The notes under the pieces: generated by a model
The model's database searches: none
What the model was told of the DNA's origin: nothing
The model's input: the letters and a program-made list of their open reading frames with translations, nothing else
In this document: positions 28,798-38,456 of the stretch, in pieces
Numbering within the stretch: position 1 is the first letter of the stretch
Layout of the letters: each line of letters opens with the position of its first letter
NCBI GenBank assembly: GCA_963666215.2
Contig: CAXWPL010000005.1
Span: forward strand, 96,001-160,000
From: Acidobacteriota bacterium
GTDB taxonomy: Bacteria; Acidobacteriota; UBA890; WLXD01
Direction: 5' to 3'
DNA length: 64,000 bases
Translations under genes and position numbers: made by a program

Positions 28798-29939
28798 GCA
28801 CGGCCGATACCGACGACTCCGCGCCGTCCACGGGCGCCGCGCCGAGGCGCGACGACGAGTTGTCGTGGACGCCCGTCTCTTCGCCAACCGCGCCGGTGGC
28901 AAGCTCGCCCGCCGCCGAACAAGCGGCACCCGCGGATTGGGCTCCCGACAGCTCACCAACACCCACGGTGCCCGTGCGCACAGAGCCGCCGGCGAGCCCC
29001 GTCGACTGGATCGACACCGGCCACGTGGCCGAGCCACGCGTTGTGCCTCGCCGTCGACCGGTGATGAACGTGCTGCTGTTCCTTGCCACGCTCGTCACAA
29101 CGACCTACTGGGGTTTTGTCAGCTACCAAGGCTTCTACGCCGTCGACGGCGGCGACATCGTGTTCAACCCGTTTGCCGCCCCCGGTCTGCTGCTCGCCGC
29201 AATTCCTCTCGGCCTTTCCGTGATCGCATTCTTGCTGGCGCACGAGATGGGGCACTACGTCGCCTGCCGCTACTACGACATCCCTGCGAGTCTGCCCTAC
29301 TTTCTGCCCTTCCCGTCGCCACCCTTCCTGTTGCCCGGAACCATGGGCGCGGTCATCCGCATCAAGGGCCCGATCTCCAGCCGTCGCGCGCTATTCGATA
29401 TCGCCGTCGCCGGGCCATTGGCGGGTTTCGTGGTGGCGTTGCCCATCCTCGCTGTGGGGCTCACCCAGTCGCGCGTAATCGACCCGCAGAGCTTCACCGA
29501 CGGTCGTATGCTGACGATGGGCGAGCCGTTGATCTGGGCTCCGCTTGCGGCGCTTTTTGCGCCCACGATGTTCGACGGCCAAGACCTGCATGTGCACCCC
29601 CTCGCGTTCGTCGGCTGGTTCGCCCTTCTGGTGACCTCGATGAACCTGCTCCCCGTGGGCCAGCTCGACGGCGGGCACCTGCTGTACGCCTTCAGCCGCC
29701 GTTGGCACCGTCCAATCTCACTGGCCGTTGTCGGGCTCATGACGCTGGCCGGGTTCTACCTCTTCCCGGGCTGGATCTTCTTCGCGCTGATGGTGTTCTT
29801 CGTGCTCGGCACCAAGCATCCACCGGTGCCACGCTACGACCAGTCCCTCGGCCCGATGCGAGTCGCGCTCGCGTTGCTGGCGGTGGTGATCTTCGTGGTT
29901 TCGTTCATGCTGGTGCCGATCCACGGGCTCGGCCTGTAG
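28794..29939 (+). CDS. Site-2 protease (M50) family metalloprotease
   Basis: AHEMGH, DIAVAGPLAG, NLLPVGQLDGGH; low-complexity N-terminus; GTGA overlap with the HU/IHF gene. Confidence 0.9.
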   Translation: MSTADTDDSAPSTGAAPRRDDELSWTPVSSPTAPVASSPAAEQAAPADWAPDSSPTPTVPVRTEPPASPVDWIDTGHVAEPRVVPRRRPVMNVLLFLATLVTTTYWGFVSYQGFYAVDGGDIVFNPFAAPGLLLAAIPLGLSVIAFLLAHEMGHYVACRYYDIPASLPYFLPFPSPPFLLPGTMGAVIRIKGPISSRRALFDIAVAGPLAGFVVALPILAVGLTQSRVIDPQSFTDGRMLTMGEPLIWAPLAALFAPTMFDGQDLHVHPLAFVGWFALLVTSMNLLPVGQLDGGHLLYAFSRRWHRPISLAVVGLMTLAGFYLFPGWIFFALMVFFVLGTKHPPVPRYDQSLGPMRVALALLAVVIFVVSFMLVPIHGLGL

Positions 29940-30037
29940 CCTGACTGCCCAAAGGCGGCACGAGGGGCGCCGGCGAGTAACTACGGGCGGACGGCCGCGC
30001 ACGGCCTCGATCGACGCGAACCCGGGACGTAGAGACG

Positions 30038-31288
30038 CTAGCTCTTCGTCTCCGCTACCACACGTCTGATCTCGGCCTCATCCAGCACGCGATCAGAGCT
30101 CTTCGCGGCACGCAGAACGGCGCTGACGCGCTCTTCCGTGGGCTCGATGTGGTGTCTGGTCAGGCTGTGGATGACGTTCGAGGCGCCACTCATCGGGCCG
30201 ACCTCGATCTTCTGACGCCTTCCGACGAGCCCGGCGGGAACCCCGGAGTAAATCCGATCGGCGAGCCAAGTGTCTCCTTTGGCCTGCGCCTTGATCACGG
30301 CCGCCGCATGGACACCTGTCGCAGTGCGGAATGCGTCGCGGCCAACCACCGGGTAGTTGACCGGTAGCGGCATCCCCGTGGCTTCGGCGACGACGCGGCA
30401 ATACTCGCCGAGTCGGCTCAGATCATGGTCGATGAGGCCGGCGAGATGGCAATTGACCAAGATCTGATCCAGCGGCGTGTTGCCGCTTCGCTCGCCGATT
30501 CCCAGCGCCGTCCCGTGCACGCGATCGACGCCAGCATCGATGGCGGCCAGTGTGTTGGCGACGTCCAGCCCGCGGTCGCGATGCCCATGCCAATCGATCT
30601 TGACGGCCTCGCCCGTCCGTTCAACCACGCCGTGAACAAACCCGAGGAGCGCGCGCACCCCCTCCGGCGTGCTGTGACCAGCGGTGTCGCAGACGCAGAT
30701 CCGCCTCGCTCCGTTCTCGATTGCCGCGGTATAGAGGGCCCGAATTGTGTCAGGGTGAGCCCGCGTCGTGTCTTCCGTTACGTACATCACCGGCAGGCCG
30801 CGACCGACCGCATAGCGCACCGCGCTCTCGGTGTGCCTGAGTATCCGATCGAGACCCCATCCCTCGGCGTACTGGCGGATCGGACTCGAGCCGATGAAGC
30901 ACGCAGCCTCGATCGGCAGGCCGACGGCCTGAGCGATGTCGCAAATCGGTTCGATGTCGGCGACCAGCGTCCGCGCGGCGCAGTTCGGCACGATGGCCAG
31001 ATCCTCGTCGAGGATCTCGCGCGCCAGCCGAGTAACGTCTTGACGCTGCCGGGCCGAAGCACCGGGAAGCCCGAGATTCGCCGCATGGATGCCGAGATCG
31101 GCCATCAGATGCAGAATCCGGAGCTTCGTATCGATATCGGGGTCGCGCACCGAGGGCGACTGCAGCCCGTCGCGCAGGGTCTCATCGTTGAACTCGACGT
31201 GACGCTTCGGAGCGCCGCCGATGGTGTTCCAGTCGTAGATCAGCTCTTGAATCGAGTTGCCGCGGTCGCCCCCGTCGGTCGACGCCAT
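30038..31288 (-). CDS. leuA: Short LeuA-family DRE-TIM synthase (2-isopropylmalate/homocitrate/citramalate synthase-like, no regulatory domain)
   Basis: DETLRDGLQ, EDTTR, CDTAGH, HGHRDRG, GIGERSGN, GVHAAA. ATG 31288 overlaps the crt stop (TGATG). Substrate not determinable by eye. Confidence 0.75.
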   Translation of the reverse strand: MASTDGGDRGNSIQELIYDWNTIGGAPKRHVEFNDETLRDGLQSPSVRDPDIDTKLRILHLMADLGIHAANLGLPGASARQRQDVTRLAREILDEDLAIVPNCAARTLVADIEPICDIAQAVGLPIEAACFIGSSPIRQYAEGWGLDRILRHTESAVRYAVGRGLPVMYVTEDTTRAHPDTIRALYTAAIENGARRICVCDTAGHSTPEGVRALLGFVHGVVERTGEAVKIDWHGHRDRGLDVANTLAAIDAGVDRVHGTALGIGERSGNTPLDQILVNCHLAGLIDHDLSRLGEYCRVVAEATGMPLPVNYPVVGRDAFRTATGVHAAAVIKAQAKGDTWLADRIYSGVPAGLVGRRQKIEVGPMSGASNVIHSLTRHHIEPTEERVSAVLRAAKSSDRVLDEAEIRRVVAETKS

Positions 31289-32076
31289 CAGCGGCCTCTC
31301 CACGCCGGCTTGCGCTTCTCCAAGAACGCGTGCATCCCCTCACCCTTGTCTTCGGTGGCACAACAGAGCCCGAAATAGGTCGCCTCGATCGCCTGCCCTT
31401 CGTTGATCGCGGCCTCCAGCCCCTCATTCACCGCCGCCAAGGCGTAGCGCATGGCCTGCGGCGGCTTCGTCGCAAGCAGGGCGCCAAGCTCGCGAGCCCG
31501 CGTCATGAGCGCGTCGGCCGGAACCACCTCGGTCACCAGTCCGAGACGCTCCGCCTCCGCCGCGTCAAATTGACGCCCGGTGCAGATCAGCTCGAGCGCG
31601 CGCCCCTTGCCAACGAGGCGCGGGAGCCTTTGAGTGCCGCCGTGGCCGGGAATGATCGAGAGGTTGATCTCAGGCAATCCAAAGCGTGCCGACTCGGAGG
31701 CGATACGCCAATGACAGGCCAGAGCCAGCTCGCAGCCGCCCCCTAGCGCGTAGCCGTTGACCGCCGCCACCACCGGCTTGCTGCAGCGCTCGATACGGTC
31801 GAACGCGCGCTGACCAGCGAGCGCTGCGTTGCGCCCGTGGTAGGCATCGAGCGTGGCCAAGACGTTGATGTCGGCGCCGGCGACAAAAGCCTTCTCGCCC
31901 GCCCCCGTGATCACGATCGCTCGCACCTCCGAGTGGTTGTCGAGCCAATCGATCGCCGCGGCGATCTCGCTGATGGTCAACTCGTCGAGCGCGTTGAGCA
32001 CCGCGGGACGATCGACCGTGAGTACGGCGCAGCCGTCCTCGATGTCGACGCGGATATTCTCGTACTCAGGTGACAT
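31288..32076 (-). CDS. crt: Enoyl-CoA hydratase (crotonase)
   Basis: AFVAGADI, AAVNGYALGGGCELALAC, FGLPEINL, PGHGGTQRLPRLVG. Confidence 0.9.
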   Translation of the reverse strand: MSPEYENIRVDIEDGCAVLTVDRPAVLNALDELTISEIAAAIDWLDNHSEVRAIVITGAGEKAFVAGADINVLATLDAYHGRNAALAGQRAFDRIERCSKPVVAAVNGYALGGGCELALACHWRIASESARFGLPEINLSIIPGHGGTQRLPRLVGKGRALELICTGRQFDAAEAERLGLVTEVVPADALMTRARELGALLATKPPQAMRYALAAVNEGLEAAINEGQAIEATYFGLCCATEDKGEGMHAFLEKRKPAWRGR

Positions 32077-32108
32077 GCTCGCCTCCTCTTGCCAACCGCC
32101 GCCTCAAC

Positions 32109-32978
32109 TCAACCGTACTCGTAGAAACCACGGCCGCTCTTGCGGCCCAAGTGCCCCGCCATGACCATCCGCTTGAGCAGCGGCGGCGCGGCAAACTGCG
32201 GCTGCTTGAACTCGTCGTGCATGATGTTGGCGATGTAGTAGGTGGTATCCAGACCCACGAAGTCCAGCAGCGCCAGCGGCCCCATCGGGTATCCACAGCC
32301 CAGTTGCATCGCACGATCGATGTCTTCGGCCGCGGCGAGGCCCTGGTCGTAGACGCGGATGGCCTCCAGCAGATAAGGCACCAGCAGTCGGTTGACGATG
32401 AAACCGGTGCGGTCGTCCGCGACCACCGACGTCTTCCCCAGGCTGGCGACAAATGCCTGGCCGAGCTCGATGGCTGTCGCGTCACTCAGCAAGGTCCGGA
32501 TGATCTCGACCAGCTTCATCGCCGGCACCGGGCTGAAGAAATGCAGTCCGATGAACCGGTCCGGGCGGCGGGTCAAAACCGCCATCTGCGTGATGCTCAG
32601 CGACGAGGTATTGCTGGCAAAGATCGTCTGGTCACCGCACGCCTGGTCGAGCGCAACGAACACCTCGCGCTTGGCATCGATGTCCTCGGTCACCGCCTCG
32701 ATCACCAGCTGGCAAGGGGACAGCGCCGCGAGGTCGGTGGTCCCCTCCAGGTGCCCGGCGGTAGCGTGCATCGACGCCTCGTCGAGCTTGCCACGCTCAA
32801 CCGCCTTGGCGACCGATGCTCGGATACGCCCCAGGCCGGCGGACAGGAGTTCGTCGTTGACCTCACGGACGATCGTGCGGTAGCCCGCTTGGGCGACGAC
32901 CTGAGCGATGCCGCTGCCCATGAGCCCGCAGCCGACGACGCCAACACAATCGACGCCGGACACTCGCTGGTCGGTCAC
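32109..32978 (-). CDS. hbd: 3-hydroxybutyryl-CoA dehydrogenase
   Basis: GVVGCGLMGSGIAQ, IEAVTED, FASNTSSLSIT, GLHFFSPVP, GFIVNRLL, YPMGPLALLDFVGLDT. Confidence 0.92.
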   Translation of the reverse strand: MTDQRVSGVDCVGVVGCGLMGSGIAQVVAQAGYRTIVREVNDELLSAGLGRIRASVAKAVERGKLDEASMHATAGHLEGTTDLAALSPCQLVIEAVTEDIDAKREVFVALDQACGDQTIFASNTSSLSITQMAVLTRRPDRFIGLHFFSPVPAMKLVEIIRTLLSDATAIELGQAFVASLGKTSVVADDRTGFIVNRLLVPYLLEAIRVYDQGLAAAEDIDRAMQLGCGYPMGPLALLDFVGLDTTYYIANIMHDEFKQPQFAAPPLLKRMVMAGHLGRKSGRGFYEYG

Positions 32979-32982
32979 GTGG

Positions 32983-34164
32983 CTAGTCGACCTGCAGGCA
33001 AATCGCGATACCCTGCCCGCCGCCAATGCATGCGGTGGCGAGCCCGCGCCCACCACCGCGGCGACGCAGCTCGCGGGCCACCGTGTAAACGATGCGCGTG
33101 CCGGTCATGCCCAGTGGATGCCCCAGAGCGATGGCACCGCCATTGACGTTGACCCGCTCGCGATCGAGCCTGAGCTCTCTTTCGACCGCGAGGTACTGCC
33201 CAGCAAAGGCTTCGTTGACCTCGATGACGTCGACGTCCTCGAGCGACCACTCGGCGCGCGCCAGAGCCGCGCGAGAGGCAGGAACCGGACCGATGCCCAT
33301 CTCGCTCGGGGTCACTCCGACATAAGCCCAAGACACCACTTCCGCCAGAGGCTCGAGCCCGGCAACCCGCCCCCATTCGCCCCGGCAAACCACCAGAGCG
33401 GCGCCTCCGTCAACGATTCCGGAGGCGTTCCCAGCGGTCACGAACGTGCCCTCTCCGAATGTCGGTCGCAGACCAGCGAGGCTCTCCAGCGTGGTCTCCG
33501 GTCGCAGATGGTCGTCTTCATCGATTTGTGTGGTCTTACCTCGGTGTGCCACTTCAACCGTGACGATCTCCTCGGCGTGCACTCCCGCTTCTCGAGCGGC
33601 GGCAGCACGTTGTTGGCTACCGAGAGCGCAAGCATCTTGTTCTTCGCGGCTGATGTCGTACTTGCGCGCCAGATTGTCGGAAGTAGCTGACATGGTGCAG
33701 CCACAATAGGGGTCCATCAACGCCGCTGTCAGCGAGTCCTCGAGCGACGCAGCACCCATGCGGAAGCCCTTCCGCCCGCCATACAGCACGTGCGGAGCCA
33801 TCGACATGTTCTCCATGCCGCCCGCAACGCCGACGTCGATGCCATCCGACGCGATCGCGTGTGCCACGCTGATGATCGACTGAATGCCCGATCCACACAG
33901 CCGATTAACGGTGAGCGCCGGAACGCTCTCCGGAATGCCCGCCTTGAGCGCCACGTGCCGCGCGCCGTAAATCGCGTCGAGAGAAGTCTGCTGGGCGTTG
34001 CCGACCACCACATGCTCAATCACTTCCGGCGAGACCGCGGCGCGCTCGATGGCGGCCCGCGTTGCGGCAGCGCAGAGATCGATCGCCGACGTCGCCGCGA
34101 AGTCGCCCAGGAAGCGGCGCATGGCGGTCCGGGCACCTTCCAGGATCCAGATCGCGCTCGCCAT
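32983..34164 (-). CDS. Acetyl-CoA C-acyltransferase (thiolase)
   Basis: TVNRLCGSGIQ, TAGNASGIVDGGAA, EVNEAFA, NVNGGAIALGHPLG, ACIGGGQG. Confidence 0.93.
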   Translation of the reverse strand: MASAIWILEGARTAMRRFLGDFAATSAIDLCAAATRAAIERAAVSPEVIEHVVVGNAQQTSLDAIYGARHVALKAGIPESVPALTVNRLCGSGIQSIISVAHAIASDGIDVGVAGGMENMSMAPHVLYGGRKGFRMGAASLEDSLTAALMDPYCGCTMSATSDNLARKYDISREEQDACALGSQQRAAAAREAGVHAEEIVTVEVAHRGKTTQIDEDDHLRPETTLESLAGLRPTFGEGTFVTAGNASGIVDGGAALVVCRGEWGRVAGLEPLAEVVSWAYVGVTPSEMGIGPVPASRAALARAEWSLEDVDVIEVNEAFAGQYLAVERELRLDRERVNVNGGAIALGHPLGMTGTRIVYTVARELRRRGGGRGLATACIGGGQGIAICLQVD

Positions 34165-34195
34165 GTTCCTAGCTCCGGATAGTCGCAGTGAGAGG

Positions 34196-35263
34196 CTAGC
34201 AGCCGACCGGGGCCAACAGCCTGCCCGCGACATACTCCCCGACTTGCTCGGTTGTGCAACGACCGCCCAGGTCGCGAGTCACCTGATCGGCCCCAATCGC
34301 GTCGACGACCGCGGCCTCGATTGACGCAGCGATCTCCGGGTGGCCGACGTGCTCGAACATCAGCTGCGCCGACAGAATCGCCGCGATCGGATTCGCAACA
34401 CCCTTGCCCGCGTACTTCGGGGCCGAGCCGTGCACGGGCTCGAACAGACCCGCGCCGGTCTCCGGGTTGACGTTGGCCGAAGCGGCCAATCCGAGTCCTC
34501 CCTGCAGCTGAGCACCCAGGTCGGTGATGATGTCACCGAACATGTTGCAGGTCACGATGACATCGAACTGCGTGGGATCTTTGATCAACTGCATGGTCAA
34601 TGCGTCGACGAACAGGTGCCACGTTTCGATTTCCGGGTACTCGGCGCTCACCTCGTCGAAGACGCGCACCCAAAGGTCGTGGCCGAACGTGAGGACGTTG
34701 CTCTTGTCGCTCATGCAGACGCGGCGGAGCTGGTGGGCGCGGGCGTGCTCGAATGCGTGCCGGACGATCCGTTCGACGCCCTTGCGGGTGTTGATGTCCT
34801 CCTGAATCGCGACTTCATCGGCGGTGCCGCGCTTGAACTGCCCGCCCATACCAACGTAGAGACCCTCCGTGTTCTCGCGAAACACGGTGAAACATACGTC
34901 TTCCACCGACCGATCCTTCAGCGGACAGAGCTTCTCGTGTAGGAGCTTGATCGGGCGGAGGTTGACGTAAAGATCGAGCCGAAATCGTAGGCCGAGGAGG
35001 ATCTCCTTGCCGTGCGCCATGTCTGGAATCCGCGGGTCTCCGAGCGCCCCGAGATAGATCGCGTCGAACTCGTCGCGCAGCTGTCGGAAGCCCTCGTCGG
35101 GCAACCCCTCACCCGTCGCCAGGTAGCGCTCGGCGCCATAGTCGAACTCTTGCGTGATCAGCTCCACGCCATGCGCCTGGGCAGCGGCCTCGGAAACCTG
35201 AATCGCCGCCCGTGTGACCTCAATGCCGATGCCATCGCCTGGAATGACCGCTACGCGTACCAA
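34196..35263 (-). CDS. leuB: 3-isopropylmalate dehydrogenase (type-2 LeuB-like beta-decarboxylating dehydrogenase)
   Basis: VIPGDGIGIEV, LLGLRFRLDLYVNLRP, RENTEGLY, DKSNVL, NMFGDIITD, FEPVHGSAP; TTG start with GGAGG RBS. Confidence 0.82.
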   Translation of the reverse strand: MVRVAVIPGDGIGIEVTRAAIQVSEAAAQAHGVELITQEFDYGAERYLATGEGLPDEGFRQLRDEFDAIYLGALGDPRIPDMAHGKEILLGLRFRLDLYVNLRPIKLLHEKLCPLKDRSVEDVCFTVFRENTEGLYVGMGGQFKRGTADEVAIQEDINTRKGVERIVRHAFEHARAHQLRRVCMSDKSNVLTFGHDLWVRVFDEVSAEYPEIETWHLFVDALTMQLIKDPTQFDVIVTCNMFGDIITDLGAQLQGGLGLAASANVNPETGAGLFEPVHGSAPKYAGKGVANPIAAILSAQLMFEHVGHPEIAASIEAAVVDAIGADQVTRDLGGRCTTEQVGEYVAGRLLAPVGC

Positions 35264-35374
35264 TGCCGCCTCCGTACACAGCGCTGCGGGACTCGAAGGC
35301 CCAGATAGGGCGGTACGAGAACAATCGGGAGCCCGCTTGCGGCGATTGTCCCATGCCGCTCCGAGGCCGGCAAA

Positions 35375-35761
35375 TCAGCCCCGATCCGGGCCCGGGGGCG
35401 CCCCGCGCCCCGACAAGTACAGAGCTGTCAGCACGACCGCCAGTGCCACTCCAACAAGGTCGACGGCGACATCACGCGGGTCGGCAACCCGGCCGGGTAC
35501 GAGGCTCTGATGCCACTCGTCGAAGCCGGCGTGCAGTGCACCAACTGCCACCGCGGCGACTCTTTCAAGGCTGCTCAGGCGCCGGATCAGGCCATCGCTG
35601 AAGCCGAACGCCAGCGCCCCCCCGAGGACTCCGTATGCGGCCAGGTGCAACACCCAGTCGGGGCTCCCCTGCACCACATCGGGCCACTTGGGCTGGCCGG
35701 AAAAAAAGTAGATGATCCGCATCACCAGCAAGGCGGGAAGCCAAACCAGAAGGCGGCGCAT
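35375..35761 (-). CDS. VanZ-family membrane protein
   Basis: DWVLHLAAYGVLG, DEWHQSLVPGRVADPRDVAVD. Confidence 0.88.
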   Translation of the reverse strand: MRRLLVWLPALLVMRIIYFFSGQPKWPDVVQGSPDWVLHLAAYGVLGGALAFGFSDGLIRRLSSLERVAAVAVGALHAGFDEWHQSLVPGRVADPRDVAVDLVGVALAVVLTALYLSGRGAPPGPDRG

Positions 35762-35866
35762 CGACTCAGGCTACCTCTGACGGCGCGGGAATGCCCGTGC
35801 AGGAACGGGACTCGATGGCGCTCACCGAAAGGCTTGAACTCCGCGTACGGCGCCGATTCAAGGGCT

Positions 35867-36040
35867 TCAAATCGGCAGCAGCAGCATCGCCCAGGAAATC
35901 ATCAGAGCGCCGCCGATCAAGCCGAGTGCGATCCAGGTCGCTAGCACCACGGCGTCGCGCGGCCGACGCCGCAGCATCGCACCGAGGACGATCCCGACCG
36001 CGATGGAGAACAAGCAGAGGAAGCCGAAGTGCGCTGTCAT
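35867..36040 (-). CDS. Small two-TM membrane protein (57 aa)
   Basis: MTAHFGFLCLFSIAVGIVLGAML...LIGGALMISWAMLLLPI; ATG overlaps the upstream stop (TGATG). Confidence 0.7.
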   Translation of the reverse strand: MTAHFGFLCLFSIAVGIVLGAMLRRRPRDAVVLATWIALGLIGGALMISWAMLLLPI

Positions 36041-36927
36041 CACCGTCTTCCGGTGGCGACGTCGTAGGCGTCGAGCAGGATCAGCAGGTTGAGCAGTCCG
36101 GCCAGGAGCGTGAACGTGTTGCCATAGTCGAACGTGGCGCTCATGAGGTCGCCCTCGGCATAGCCTCCAAGGTGCGCCAGCACATACGGAACGCCGACCC
36201 CGGCCGCGCCGAGTGCTGCAAGGTAAGTCAGCGGCTCGCCCTCGATCGGCCGGTACACCTTGCCCTGGAGTGCCACGCCGCCTGCGAACAGCGATAACAC
36301 CAGTGCACCGAGCAGCACGCCGCGACCGATTCGTCGGGAGACGATGTGGCCAAGGCCGGGCACCGCCCAGCCCAGCAGGCAGATTGGCACGACGCGCCAC
36401 ATCAAGACCGTGGAGTCCATCGGCGCAGCGACATCCATCGGCCCTGGAGCAGCGCCTGGAAAGCCGTCCTCAGCAGTCCCCTCGACAATCCCCGCGGACG
36501 ACGCAGCGGCGGCGATGGCGGCCGATTCCGCCAGCGTCGCGGTGTCCGCCGTGGTCGTTGGGTCCACGACGTTGAGGGCCTCGGCAGCTTCAGCGGTCTC
36601 GATCACCGGGGGAACCGCGCCCCAGAACGCCTCTGCATCTGTGCCGGGACCCACCGATTCCGCGACCTCCTGTTCAGCGAGCAGCTCGGCCTCGGCCTGG
36701 GCCTGGGCCTGCTGCACGGGCTCGGGCAGGTCCACCGATTCGATCGGGTTCGCTGATTCGATCGGTGCCGCCTGTTCGATCAGCTCCATCTCGGAAGAAG
36801 AATCCGCTGCGTCGGGCTCGGTTGGTTGCGATACGGCGGTCTCTTCCGGCGCCGCGCCTTCACTCTTCGCTGCGGGGCCAGAAGGCCCTGGGGCGTCGGG
36901 TGGTGCGGACTTGTCGCGACCCTCCAC
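36040..36927 (-). CDS. DUF6677-like membrane protein with long acidic disordered N-terminus
   Basis: C-terminal LGWAVPGLGH...YGNTFTLLAGLLNLLILLDAYDVA; N-terminal about 170 aa rich in Ala/Glu/Pro. Confidence 0.7.
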   Translation of the reverse strand: MEGRDKSAPPDAPGPSGPAAKSEGAAPEETAVSQPTEPDAADSSSEMELIEQAAPIESANPIESVDLPEPVQQAQAQAEAELLAEQEVAESVGPGTDAEAFWGAVPPVIETAEAAEALNVVDPTTTADTATLAESAAIAAAASSAGIVEGTAEDGFPGAAPGPMDVAAPMDSTVLMWRVVPICLLGWAVPGLGHIVSRRIGRGVLLGALVLSLFAGGVALQGKVYRPIEGEPLTYLAALGAAGVGVPYVLAHLGGYAEGDLMSATFDYGNTFTLLAGLLNLLILLDAYDVATGRR

Positions 36928-36928
36928 G

Positions 36929-38377
36929 TTAGCCGCGCGCTCGCAGCAAGGCCGCGAGCCGACGCACAGTCGCGATCGCCTCGCCGCCAGAGATGGGCTC
37001 GAGTAGATCGAGCGAGCTTTCGCGGTTGAGCTCCATCAGACCGTGGCCGACCACTGCCTGTGCCGGCCGGAAAAGCAGGTGGCCTGGAGGCGGATCCTGG
37101 ATCGACGGCCGCGGAGCGCCGTCCGCGAGACCGAGCAGATCGAGCACGCGGTAGCACGCCTCGACGAGCATGCTGCGTCTCACCTCCATGTCGGGATAGA
37201 ACTCGTTGTTTTGATAGACATCAAGCACACCCCATTCAACTGTTCGTCGGATGAAGGGTGTCGACCAGCGGTTGCCACCGTCGGCGACAATCACTCCCCG
37301 ACGCATCTCCACATGAGACTCCAGGTCGGCAAGATTGATCGCCAGTACGGCGGCGAGCTCCTGGCGGTTGATCACACCCTTGGCGGCGAGTCGTCGGTAC
37401 TCGGGCGGCAAGGAGGCGGTCTCGAACGAGTCGCGAGCCGCTCGCGCGAGCCCCGCTACACGCGCGTCGCCAGGCAGAAGCTCCGCCAGGCGCTGGTAGG
37501 TATCGAGCGTTCTTCGTGAGTCTCCAACGAGCTCGTACAGCCCGCCCAGACGCTCGAGCAAGAGCGGCTGATCGCCGACCCACCGCGCGCCTCGCGTTAG
37601 CACCTCGATGCTCCGCTGCGGGTCATCCGCCGCAGCGTGCAGGTCGGCGAGCTTCAGGTAGGGGCCAATGACGTCGGGCGCCAATCGACTCGCTGCCTCG
37701 TACGACTCGATCGCCTCGGCAACTCGCCCGCCTGCGGCAGCCGATTCGGCGCGCGAGAGCATCGCGGCCATATCTCCGATCTCGAGTCGACGGAACGCCG
37801 CCCCGGCACGAGCCAGGGACGGATCGAGATCCAAAGCACGTTGGTACCAAGCGCGCGCCGCCGATGAGTCGCGGCCACGCTCCGCGACAAGGCCGAGGCC
37901 ATACGCAGCCGCCGCCTCGCCCTGATCGGCACCCGGCTGCAGGTTGACCGCTGCTTGCAGATCGCGCGTCGCGCTGACGTCGTCACCGCGCGTGATTGCC
38001 AGAAATCCAGTCAGCACCTGCGTTGCCGGGGCGCCCGATCCCCCTAACGTCACCGCGCGGGTCTCGGCTTCGTCGTAGGCACCTGATCGCAGAGCGTTCC
38101 AGGCCGCGAGAAGCTCACCCGAGTAGCCGCTCGGCGCCTCCGGAATCCGTGACGGATCGAGCGCAGGAGCACCAGCCGCGCGGGCCGAAGGAGCGGCTTC
38201 TCCTGAAGTCGCGCAGCCAACGGCGAGCAGCAGACCCCCGACGATCACCGCCCGACTGGCGCCGGAACGGACCCGTGATTGGCATCGATCGATTGTCCCG
38301 GGCAAGAGCGCGGCAGCCACCCGCGATCGAAGGACAGTCGCTGTGGATGCTGTATGACGGATCTGCTGGTGGCTCAA
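36929..38377 (-). CDS. TPR-containing lipoprotein with C-terminal SLH-like region
   Basis: Lipobox LAVGC, TPR units, NRWSTPFIRRTVEWGVLDVYQNNEFYPDMEVRR (SLH-like). Start uncertain. Confidence 0.7.
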   Translation of the reverse strand: MSHQQIRHTASTATVLRSRVAAALLPGTIDRCQSRVRSGASRAVIVGGLLLAVGCATSGEAAPSARAAGAPALDPSRIPEAPSGYSGELLAAWNALRSGAYDEAETRAVTLGGSGAPATQVLTGFLAITRGDDVSATRDLQAAVNLQPGADQGEAAAAYGLGLVAERGRDSSAARAWYQRALDLDPSLARAGAAFRRLEIGDMAAMLSRAESAAAGGRVAEAIESYEAASRLAPDVIGPYLKLADLHAAADDPQRSIEVLTRGARWVGDQPLLLERLGGLYELVGDSRRTLDTYQRLAELLPGDARVAGLARAARDSFETASLPPEYRRLAAKGVINRQELAAVLAINLADLESHVEMRRGVIVADGGNRWSTPFIRRTVEWGVLDVYQNNEFYPDMEVRRSMLVEACYRVLDLLGLADGAPRPSIQDPPPGHLLFRPAQAVVGHGLMELNRESSLDLLEPISGGEAIATVRRLAALLRARG

Positions 38378-38456
38378 TGCGGTGACCTCGCGCCGGGACG
38401 AAGCGCCAACCGCTGCTCCCTGGTGGCAACGGTGCGCTGAGGGCGGCCGGCAACTC

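Noticed and set aside
35765-35860. CACCGAAAGG and CTCAGG words reminiscent of a glycine riboswitch
   Set aside because: Motif order and strand do not fit, and no supporting stems were found.
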